This document shows, piece by piece, positions 20,278 to 29,407 of a stretch of DNA of 64,000 bases. The notes under the pieces are model-generated. The model was not told the origin of the DNA and made no database searches. It saw only the letters and a program-made list of their open reading frames with translations. The stretch is from an uncultured delta proteobacterium. GTDB lineage: Bacteria > Myxococcota_A > Polyangia > Polyangiales > Polyangiaceae. The stretch's first letter is position 1. The number at the start of each line of letters is the position of its first letter. The stretch is from contig CAWAIF010000003.1 in assembly GCA_963782055.1 (NCBI GenBank), positions 608,001 to 672,000 on the forward strand, read 5' to 3'. The position numbers and the translations under genes were made by a program.

Positions 20278-21280
20278 CGGCGTCCTCTTCCGGCCGCGCT
20301 GCCTCGCCCTCGCCCCCGTCGCCGCCCGGCTTGGTCGCCTCCGTCAGCTCGGCGAAGACCTCCTCCAAGGTGCTCTGCGCGGGCGCGACGGCGCGCACAC
20401 CCACGCCCGCGGCGACGAGCGCCGCGACGACCCGCTCGGTCGCCTCGGCCGCGGACTTCGCCGTCTTCTTCTTCGACCAGGCGCACACCGCGCGCACGGT
20501 GCCGTCCGCGCCGCCCGCCTCCACGCGCACCCGCGCCACGCCGTCCATCCCGCCGAGCGTCTTCTTCACCTGCGCCGCGTCCCCCCGCAGGGTGAGCTCG
20601 AGCGCCGGCGAGCGCCGCATCCTGCGGATCTCCTCGGTGGTGCCTTCCGCCACGAGCTTGCCCCTGGTGATCACGATGACGCGCGAGCAGCTCGCCTCCA
20701 CCTCGCTCAGGATGTGCGTGGAGAGCAGCACGGTGTGCTCGGCGCCGAGCGCGCGGATGACCTCGCGCACCTCGCGGATCTGGTTGGGGTCGAGGCCGGC
20801 GGTGGGCTCGTCCAGGATGAGCAGCGGCGGGTCGGCGACCAGCGCGTCGGCCAGCCCCACGCGCTGCCGGTAGCCCTTGGAGAGCTTGCCCACGAGGGTG
20901 TTGGCGCGGTCGGTGACAGCGGCCTTCTCCATCGCCGCGTCCACGCGGCCGCGGCGCTCCGCGCGCGGGACGCGCTTCAGCTCGGCGCGGAAGGTGAGGT
21001 ACTCGGCGACGCGCATCTCGGGGTAGATGGGCACCGCCTCCGGCATGTAGCCGATGCTCTTGCGCGCCTCGAAGGAGTCCTCGCTCATGTCGTGGCCGCA
21101 CACCTCGACCTTGCCGCCGGTGCGCCCGAGGAAGCCCGCGAGGATGCGCAGCGTGGTCGACTTGCCCGCGCCGTTCGGACCGAGGAAGCCCACGACGTCG
21201 CCCTTGCCCACCTCGAAGGAGAGATCGTCGACCGCGAGGACCGGGCCGTAGCGCTTGACGAGGTGCGAGACCGAGATCAT
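20270..21280 (-). CDS. GldA-like ABC ATP-binding protein
   Basis: GPNGAGKST, LSKGYRQR, LILDEPT, STHIL. Start MISVSHL at 21280. Confidence 0.93.
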   Translation of the reverse strand: MISVSHLVKRYGPVLAVDDLSFEVGKGDVVGFLGPNGAGKSTTLRILAGFLGRTGGKVEVCGHDMSEDSFEARKSIGYMPEAVPIYPEMRVAEYLTFRAELKRVPRAERRGRVDAAMEKAAVTDRANTLVGKLSKGYRQRVGLADALVADPPLLILDEPTAGLDPNQIREVREVIRALGAEHTVLLSTHILSEVEASCSRVIVITRGKLVAEGTTEEIRRMRRSPALELTLRGDAAQVKKTLGGMDGVARVRVEAGGADGTVRAVCAWSKKKTAKSAAEATERVVAALVAAGVGVRAVAPAQSTLEEVFAELTEATKPGGDGGEGEAARPEEDADA

Positions 21281-21394
21281 GGCGGCGCCCGCTGCGATTA
21301 GCACGCCCCGGCGGCACGCGGCACCCTCTCTCTGGGCGGCCGCGGCCGCGCCGCGCGTTGGAACCGGGCGCGCGTCCGCGCTACAACGGCGCGC

Positions 21395-22402
21395 GTGCGT
21401 CTCCGGACCGCCGCGGTCGCGGCCCTCGTGATCCTTGCAGAGTGCACGCCTTCTGGCGAGCGGGAGGCGTCGGGCACGCCTGCCCCACCGCCGGGCGCCT
21501 CCGCGCAGGTGGCCGTCCGGCCGGCGGCTTCCGGCTCTGCCACCGCGCTCCCGTCCGCGTCCGCGCCCGCGGCGCCGGCCGTCTCCGCAGGCCCCGACGC
21601 GTCGGCTCCCGAGGCCGCGCCGCCGGGCATGCTCCTTGTGCCCGCGGGCAGCTTCACCATGGGCGCCGACACCGGCGGCGAGCAGGACGAGCACCCCGCG
21701 CACCGGGTCACCCTCCCGGCGTTCTGGCTGGACCGCACCGAGGTGACCAACGCCGCCTACGACGCGTGCGTGCGCGCGAAGGCCTGCCGCGTCAACGACC
21801 GGCACGTGGCGAGCCGCCGCCACGCCGGACCGGACGCGCGCTTCCTGAGCCCGAACAAGCCGGTCGTCGGGGTGAGCTGGGACGACGCGACCGCGTACTG
21901 CGCATGGCGGGGCGCCCGCCTGCCGCGGGAGGCGGAGTTCGAGCGCGCCGAGCGCGGGGACGACGACCGCACCTACCCGTGGGGCAACGAGCCGCCCACC
22001 CCGGACCGCGCGGTCTACGGCCGCCCGCTCGGCGTCGGCAGCACCGACGACGTGGGCACGCACCCCGCGGGTCGCGGCCCGTACGGTCACGAGGATCTCG
22101 CCGGCAACGTCTGGGAGTGGCAGCAGGACGAGTACGATCCCGTCGCCTACCGTCGCAAGACGGCGAGCGAGGGCAAGCCGGGCACCTGCCCGGAGATCCT
22201 CGCCACGCTGGCGAAGCTCCGCGCCGAGGGCAAGCAGGGCTTCACTGGCTCCAACCCCCTCCCCACCACCTGCGAGCACGTGCTGCGGGGCGGCGCGTTC
22301 AACTACTTCCCGCGCGGGCTGCGGGCGAGCAACCGCGTGCACCACCCCGGTCGGTACCGCCTGGTGATGTCCGGCTTCCGCTGCGCCAAGGACGCGCGCT
22401 GA
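21395..22402 (+). CDS. Formylglycine-generating enzyme (FGE/SUMF1) domain protein, exported
   Basis: VPAGSFTMG, EHPAH, LDRTEVTN, PVVGVSW, RLPREAEFE, DLAGNVWEW, RGG, GFRCA. Confidence 0.9.
   Translation: MRLRTAAVAALVILAECTPSGEREASGTPAPPPGASAQVAVRPAASGSATALPSASAPAAPAVSAGPDASAPEAAPPGMLLVPAGSFTMGADTGGEQDEHPAHRVTLPAFWLDRTEVTNAAYDACVRAKACRVNDRHVASRRHAGPDARFLSPNKPVVGVSWDDATAYCAWRGARLPREAEFERAERGDDDRTYPWGNEPPTPDRAVYGRPLGVGSTDDVGTHPAGRGPYGHEDLAGNVWEWQQDEYDPVAYRRKTASEGKPGTCPEILATLAKLRAEGKQGFTGSNPLPTTCEHVLRGGAFNYFPRGLRASNRVHHPGRYRLVMSGFRCAKDAR
21435..21447. repeat. Intragenic 13-bp palindrome, copy 3 (TTGCA-GAG-TGCAC) inside the FGE-domain gene
   Basis: Codons CTT GCA GAG TGC ACG CCT TCT. Confidence 0.55.
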
Positions 22403-22412
22403 TGGCGGGCGC

Positions 22413-22880
22413 TCAGCCGCGCACGCGCCAGTTGCCGACGAAGGACTTCCCCACGTCGTCGCACGTCGGGTCGGTCGTCGTCAGCTCCGGGCGCATCCCG
22501 CGGCTGACGATGATGGTGTTCTGCCGGAAGACACGCCCGAAGGCGATGGCCTCGTCCCGCTCGATGCCGTGAACCAGCCACGACGGCTCGCGCCAGGTGC
22601 CCTCCGGCTCCTCCTCGTAGCCGACGCACGACTCCACGCGGTAACAGCCGAGGATGAGCAGATCGCGCAGGACGTTGTGGCGCGCGTCGTTGACCTTGCG
22701 CGGCAGGAGCATCGACCGCGGGTTGTATGCGGTGAGGATGCAGAAGGGCGTGCGCAGCAGCTCGGGCAGGGTGGACGGGTCGCTGACGATGTCGCCGTCG
22801 AGGGAGACGCGGAGCGGGCCGTTGGGAGTCGGCAGCTCGTAGACGGTCGAGAGGTACTGGCGGAGAAGCGAGGGGTCCAT
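22413..22880 (-). CDS. DUF3293-like protein
   Basis: 'ILTAYNPRS', 'WREPSW', 'FGRVFRQNTI' pattern. Start MDPSLL at 22880. Confidence 0.75.
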   Translation of the reverse strand: MDPSLLRQYLSTVYELPTPNGPLRVSLDGDIVSDPSTLPELLRTPFCILTAYNPRSMLLPRKVNDARHNVLRDLLILGCYRVESCVGYEEEPEGTWREPSWLVHGIERDEAIAFGRVFRQNTIIVSRGMRPELTTTDPTCDDVGKSFVGNWRVRG

Positions 22881-22954
22881 CGGGTCCTTGTTCCTAATCG
22901 AGCACGGAGCGTTCCGGAAGGACTGGGCCGCCCGACCGCGTCCCGCCCTGGAGA

Positions 22955-23668
22955 CTAGCCATCGAAGCGATAACCTACACCCCGCACGGTGTGGAAGTGG
23001 TGCGGGGCCTGCGGGTCGACCTCCAGCTTGGCGCGCAGCTGCTGGATGAAGTTGTCGATGGTGCGTGGGGTGCCGTGGTGGCCCGGGCCCCAGACCTTGC
23101 GGAAGATGGCGTCGCGGCTGAGCGCGTGGCCCTTCGCGTCGAGCAGGCACATCAGGACGTCGAACTCGGTGGCGGTCATGTCGACCGGCTGGCCGCCGCG
23201 CCGCACGTCGCGCGCCTGGACGTCCACCACCACCTCGCCGAAGCGAATCGCGCGCGAGGCGACGGGACCGCGGCGAAGGGCGGCGCGCACCCGCGCCAGG
23301 AGCTCGGCCAGGCTGAACGGCTTGGCCACGTAGTCCTCGGCGCCGAGCTCCAGGCCGGTCACCTTGTCCATCTCCCCGGTGCGCGCCGAGAGCACGATGA
23401 TCGGCATGCCGTAGCCCTCGGCGCGGAGGGTCTGCAGGACCTCGAAGCCGTTCTTGTTGGGGAGCATCAGGTCCAGGATGACCAGGTCCGGCCCGGCCGT
23501 CCGGGCGGTCTCCAGCCCGCGCTCGCCGTCTCCCTCCACGAGGACGCGGTAGCCTTCCTTCTCCAGGTTGATGCGCAGGCCGAGCGAGATGCTCGCGTCG
23601 TCCTCGACGACGAGCACCATCCGCCCCGAGGTCTGGCTGCCTCGCGCTCTGGGGGCCGTCGGTTGCAT
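22955..23668 (-). CDS. OmpR/PhoB-family response regulator
   Basis: VVEDD, DLVILDLMLP, GAEDYVAKPF, winged-helix end 'TVRGVGYRF'. Confidence 0.95.
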   Translation of the reverse strand: MQPTAPRARGSQTSGRMVLVVEDDASISLGLRINLEKEGYRVLVEGDGERGLETARTAGPDLVILDLMLPNKNGFEVLQTLRAEGYGMPIIVLSARTGEMDKVTGLELGAEDYVAKPFSLAELLARVRAALRRGPVASRAIRFGEVVVDVQARDVRRGGQPVDMTATEFDVLMCLLDAKGHALSRDAIFRKVWGPGHHGTPRTIDNFIQQLRAKLEVDPQAPHHFHTVRGVGYRFDG

Positions 23669-23720
23669 GCCCTGCGAAATTCCTTACCGCGCTTTGTGGG
23701 TGGATAGGGCCGAAACCGTC

Positions 23721-24701
23721 TCAGGGTCGCTGCGGGCTCGCGTCCGGCCCCGCCGTCTCGACCGGCGCGGCGGCCCGCTCCGGCTCGGTCGCGGCCCCCA
23801 GGACGATCTGGAAGGTCGCCCCCTCGCCGCGCGCGCTCGTCACCACCACCCGCCCGCGGTGCGCGCGCACGATGTGTTTCACGATGGCGAGGCCGAGGCC
23901 GCTCCCCTCGCGCGTGCGGGAGAGGCGGTCGTCGATGCGGTAGAACTTGTCGAAGATGCGCCGCTGCTCGGGCGCCGCGATGCCCTCGCCGTTGTCCTGC
24001 ACCTCGAAGGCGACGCGCCCCTTGGTGGCCTGCACCGCGCGGAGGCGGACGACGGGCGGCGTGCCGCCGTACTTGCGGGCGTTGGAGAGCAGGTTGACCA
24101 GAGCGTCGACGATGGCGTCGCGGTCCGCCCTGACCGGCGGCAGCCCCGGCTCCACGCTGCTCTCGAAGTCGATCTTGCCGTCGGTCCGCAGCGGCGAGAA
24201 GGCGTCGATCGCCCCCTGCACGATGTCGTCCGCGGGCACGGCGCGCATGTCGAAGAGCTTGCGGCCCGCCTCCATGCGCCCCCAGTCCAGCAGCCGCTCG
24301 ATGCGGCGGGAGAGCTTGTCGGTCTCCACCGCGAGGCTCTCGATGCACTGCTCACGCGTCGCCTCGTCGTCCCTCGAGCGCTCCAGGGTCTCGGCGAAGA
24401 GACGGATGGCGGTGAGCGGCGTGCGCAGCTCGTGACTGACCTTGGAGACGAAGTCGGCCTGCAGCGCGCTCAGGTTGGCCTCGCGGCGCAGGAAGACGAG
24501 CACCAGCACCACGCCCGTCACCACCACCCCGACGATGGTCACCGTGAGGATGCCCATCAGGAGGTCGATGCCCGCCTCGCCGATGAACATCAGGACGATG
24601 CCCAGCGAGAGCAGCAGCGCCGTGGGCACGATCACCAGGTACACCAGGAGCTGGACGATCCGGCGGTACCCCAGGCGCTGGCGGTTCTTGGTGGCTGCCA
24701 C
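23721..24701 (-). CDS. Sensor histidine kinase with two closely spaced TM helices
   Basis: SHELRTPL, NLLSNARKY, DNGEGI, GSGLGL. Confidence 0.95.
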   Translation of the reverse strand: MAATKNRQRLGYRRIVQLLVYLVIVPTALLLSLGIVLMFIGEAGIDLLMGILTVTIVGVVVTGVVLVLVFLRREANLSALQADFVSKVSHELRTPLTAIRLFAETLERSRDDEATREQCIESLAVETDKLSRRIERLLDWGRMEAGRKLFDMRAVPADDIVQGAIDAFSPLRTDGKIDFESSVEPGLPPVRADRDAIVDALVNLLSNARKYGGTPPVVRLRAVQATKGRVAFEVQDNGEGIAAPEQRRIFDKFYRIDDRLSRTREGSGLGLAIVKHIVRAHRGRVVVTSARGEGATFQIVLGAATEPERAAAPVETAGPDASPQRP

Positions 24702-24737
24702 GACGACTCCAAAGGTAGGACGCCGCGCGCGAAACGG

Positions 24738-25616
24738 CTATGCCGGCGCCGTGGGGGGCTCGTCCAGCGCGGCCAGCATGGCTCTCCGGGGGGCGGTAGA
24801 GGCGAGCCAGAGCTCGAAGGCCAGGGCGCCCTGCCGCGCCAGCACGCCCAGCCCGCCCTCTGCGCGCAGGCCGTGCCGGCGGGCCGCGCGCAGGAAGGGC
24901 GTCTCGCGCGGCGCGTAGACGAGCTCCAGCGCCGCCGCGTCGCGCGGCATCGCGGGCCAGGCGACCGCGCCGGCCACCCCCTCGCCCGCGTCCGCCCCGG
25001 CCATCCCGGCGCTCGTCGCTTGCACCACGCACGCCGCGCGCGCCTCGACCTCTGCGTCCGCGGAGAGAGGGGTCGCGACCACCATGGCGGGGGTGCCCTC
25101 CGCCTCCAGCGCGCGCTCCAGCTCCAGGCACGCCCCTGCCGCGTCCGTGCGCGCGCGCACGACGACCCGCGCGACGCCGAGGAGCTGGGCGCAGGCGACC
25201 ACCGCGGCCCGCGCCGCCCCGCCGGCGCCGAGCACCACCGCCGTGTCCCGCGTGCCGTCGACGCCGGCCCCCAGCGCGCGCAGCTCCTCGGCGATGGCGG
25301 GCACGTCGGTGTCGTAGGCCACGATCCGCCCCGCCCCGTCGCGCACCAGCGTGTTGCACGCCCCGACGACGCGCGCGCTCGGGTCCATGGCGTCCACGTA
25401 CTGCAGGACGGCGACCTTGTGCGGGGCGGTCACGTTGACACCGTCCAGCTCCCCGGCCCGGAGGCGCGCGACGACCGCCGCGAGCTCCGCCGCGGTGGCG
25501 CGGATCGCCTCGTAGGTGTGCGGCAGGCCGAGCGCGCGGTACGCCGCCGCGTGCATCGCCGGGCTGCGGGAGTGGCCGACCGGATCGCCCACGACGGCGA
25601 AGCGCCGCGCCTTCAC
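24738..25616 (-). CDS. aroE: Shikimate dehydrogenase
   Basis: GDPVGHSRSP, NVTAPHK, GACNT, GAGGAAR, QGALAF; GTG 25616 overlaps the xseA stop. Confidence 0.93.
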   Translation of the reverse strand: MKARRFAVVGDPVGHSRSPAMHAAAYRALGLPHTYEAIRATAAELAAVVARLRAGELDGVNVTAPHKVAVLQYVDAMDPSARVVGACNTLVRDGAGRIVAYDTDVPAIAEELRALGAGVDGTRDTAVVLGAGGAARAAVVACAQLLGVARVVVRARTDAAGACLELERALEAEGTPAMVVATPLSADAEVEARAACVVQATSAGMAGADAGEGVAGAVAWPAMPRDAAALELVYAPRETPFLRAARRHGLRAEGGLGVLARQGALAFELWLASTAPRRAMLAALDEPPTAPA

Positions 25617-27163
25617 CCGCCCTCGGGGTCCGGCTCGCGCACCGCAGTCACCGTCGCCTCGACCTGTCCCTCGTGGACGCGCAGGGTGAGGGTGTCGCCC
25701 GGCGCGACGTCGCGCGCCGCCCGCACCGCGCGCCCGTCCGCCCGCGTCGCGATGGCGTACCCGCGGCCGAGCACCTTGAGCGGGCTCATCGCGTCCAGCC
25801 GCGCGCCCAGCTGCTCGAGCGAGGCGCTCTCCCGGGCGACGCGCGTCGCGACGAGGCTGCCCACCCGCGCGGCGACGCGCCCGAGCTCGGCCTTCTCGCG
25901 CGCCAGCACCGCGCCCGGGTGCACGACCGCGAGCCGCTGCGAGAGCGGAGCGAGCTGCGCGCGCCCGCGCCGCACCGCCCGGCGCGCCCCCGACTCCACG
26001 CGCCCCCGCCTGTCGTCCAGGGCCTGCTGGTGGGCGGCGATGGCGAGGCGCGGATCGCCGAGCAGCCGCGCGTGGCCGGCGAGCTCCGCCTTGCCGCGCG
26101 CCAGGTGAGCGCGCGCGGCGCGCTCCAGCCTCTCGCGCAGGTGCCGCGCCTCCCGCCGCATCGCCTGCCGATCGGGCACCGTCATCTCCGCCGCCTGCGA
26201 CGGGGTCGCCGCGCGGCGGTCCGCCGCGAAGTCTGTGAGGGTGACGTCCACCTCGTGGCCCACCGCGCTCACCACCGGCACGCGGCAGGCGGCGACGGCG
26301 CGCACGAGCGCCTCGTCGTTCCACACCAGGAGCTCGTCGAAGGATCCGCCGCCGCGCCCCACGATGATGACGTCCACCGTGGCCACTCGCTGCAGGATGC
26401 GCAGCGCCCGCGCGATGCTCTCCGCCGCGCCGGCCCCCTGCACGCGCGCCGGGGCGAGCAGGATGCGCGCGCCGCCGCGCTGCTTCGCCACCTTGCAGAT
26501 GTCGTGGATGACGGCGCCGCCGGCGCTGGTGACGACGCCCACGACGCGCGGCGACGACGGGAGCGCGCGCTTGCGCCCGGCGTCGAAGAGGCCCTCGGCG
26601 GCGAGCTTCGCCTTCAGCCGCTCGATCGCCTCGAGCAGGGCGCCGCGCCCGGCGAGCTCCACGCGGTCGGCGGTGAGCTGCAGCCGCCCGCGCGGGGCGT
26701 AGTACGTCGGCCGCCCGCGCAGGCGCACCCGGGCGCCGTCCTTGATCATCGCGCGGGTGCGGGAGGTCAGGTTGCTCTTGTAGACGACCACGTCGACCGC
26801 GGCGTCCTCCTCGGCGTCCTTGAGTGTAAAGTACAAGTGTCCGCTGCCCGCCGGGCGGGCCCCCACGACCTCGCCCTCGACCCACACCCCGCGCGCAAAG
26901 CCGGCGTCGATGGCCCCGCGGATGGCTCGCCCCAGCTCGGCGACGGACATGGCGCGCGGCTGGCCGCGGGGCTCCGGCGGGCGCGCCGCCGGCGCGGGAG
27001 GCCCCACGGGCGGCTCGTCGTCCAGCTCCACCCAGCGCGTGGGGCTCGGGGCGTCCGGGTACGGCGGCGGCCAGTCGGACTGCGGCGCCTCGCTCGCGGG
27101 TGCCTCCTCCTGCGCCGCGGGGAGGGCGTCGAAGTCGAATGTCAGCGAGCGCTGGTCGGTCAC
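25613..27163 (-). CDS. xseA: Exodeoxyribonuclease VII large subunit
   Basis: VWVEGEV, SGHLYFTLKD, GRGGGS, SAVGHEVD, RAATPSQAAE, LGRGYAI; Pro-rich N-terminal extension. Start GTG 27163 supported by TATGCT 6 nt upstream. Confidence 0.95.
   Translation of the reverse strand: MTDQRSLTFDFDALPAAQEEAPASEAPQSDWPPPYPDAPSPTRWVELDDEPPVGPPAPAARPPEPRGQPRAMSVAELGRAIRGAIDAGFARGVWVEGEVVGARPAGSGHLYFTLKDAEEDAAVDVVVYKSNLTSRTRAMIKDGARVRLRGRPTYYAPRGRLQLTADRVELAGRGALLEAIERLKAKLAAEGLFDAGRKRALPSSPRVVGVVTSAGGAVIHDICKVAKQRGGARILLAPARVQGAGAAESIARALRILQRVATVDVIIVGRGGGSFDELLVWNDEALVRAVAACRVPVVSAVGHEVDVTLTDFAADRRAATPSQAAEMTVPDRQAMRREARHLRERLERAARAHLARGKAELAGHARLLGDPRLAIAAHQQALDDRRGRVESGARRAVRRGRAQLAPLSQRLAVVHPGAVLAREKAELGRVAARVGSLVATRVARESASLEQLGARLDAMSPLKVLGRGYAIATRADGRAVRAARDVAPGDTLTLRVHEGQVEATVTAVREPDPEGG
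26824..26836. repeat. Intragenic 13-bp palindrome, copy 4 (GTGTA-AAG-TACAA) inside xseA
   Basis: Codons CAC TTG TAC TTT ACA CTC in an otherwise extreme-GC3 gene. Confidence 0.6.
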
Positions 27164-27227
27164 GCGCGAAGCATACCGAAAACGCGCGGGGTTATCTCCC
27201 GCGCGATTCCCTGGTAATCGAACGGGC

Positions 27228-28760
<1,533 letters not shown>

Positions 28761-28764
28761 GCGG

Positions 28765-29325
28765 TCACTGACCGCCGGCGTCCTGGATGCCCGCGTCGCC
28801 ACCGCCGTCGGGGGCGCCGCCGTCGAGGAAGGCGCTCAGCCCGCACTCGCCGTAGCAGTTCTTCTGCGCGCAACCGATGAGGGAGAAGCCGATGGCCTGG
28901 GTGTCGCTGCCCACGCCGGCGAAGGCGAGCAGCCCGCAGGAGGTGAGAGACTGGCCGTTCCCCAGGCAGTCGTAGAGGCTGATGATCGCGCCCTTGCACT
29001 CGCAGAGGTTGTTGCAGTCGTTGATGTCGGAGCTGCAGCTCGTCTTGAGGCACGCCGCGCAGGCGGGGACCGACCCGCCGGCGTCGCCGATGGCGGCGTT
29101 GGGGACGTTCAGGTTGTTGAGATCCCCGTCCACCGTGCAGGCGTCGCTCGGAGGCGCGGCGTCCTGGACGTCCGGCGCCACGTCGGGCATCGCGTCCTGC
29201 GTGGTCACGTCGGGGCCGGCATCGACGACGGTGTCGTCCGAGGTGTTGCCACACGCGGCGACGAGGCCGCCCATGGCGAGGGTGGACGCGGAGGCGAGGA
29301 CCAGGACGATGCTACGAAGGCGCAT
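28765..29325 (-). CDS. Cys-rich hypothetical lipoprotein
   Basis: Lipobox VAAC; DAG-rich linkers; CAACLKTSC..C..C.EC pattern. Confidence 0.8.
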   Translation of the reverse strand: MRLRSIVLVLASASTLAMGGLVAACGNTSDDTVVDAGPDVTTQDAMPDVAPDVQDAAPPSDACTVDGDLNNLNVPNAAIGDAGGSVPACAACLKTSCSSDINDCNNLCECKGAIISLYDCLGNGQSLTSCGLLAFAGVGSDTQAIGFSLIGCAQKNCYGECGLSAFLDGGAPDGGGDAGIQDAGGQ

Positions 29326-29407
29326 GGGGAAGCTCCTTGCGAGGGGAGTCCAGCCTAGACCCCTTTGCAGCGCTCGGAAAAGCGCTTTCTGGTGCTAGAA
29401 CGGCCTC

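Noticed and set aside
25020..25032. Near-match to the palindrome, TTGCA-CCA-CGCAC in aroE
   Set aside because: One core mismatch; such near-matches are expected by chance, so it is not counted.
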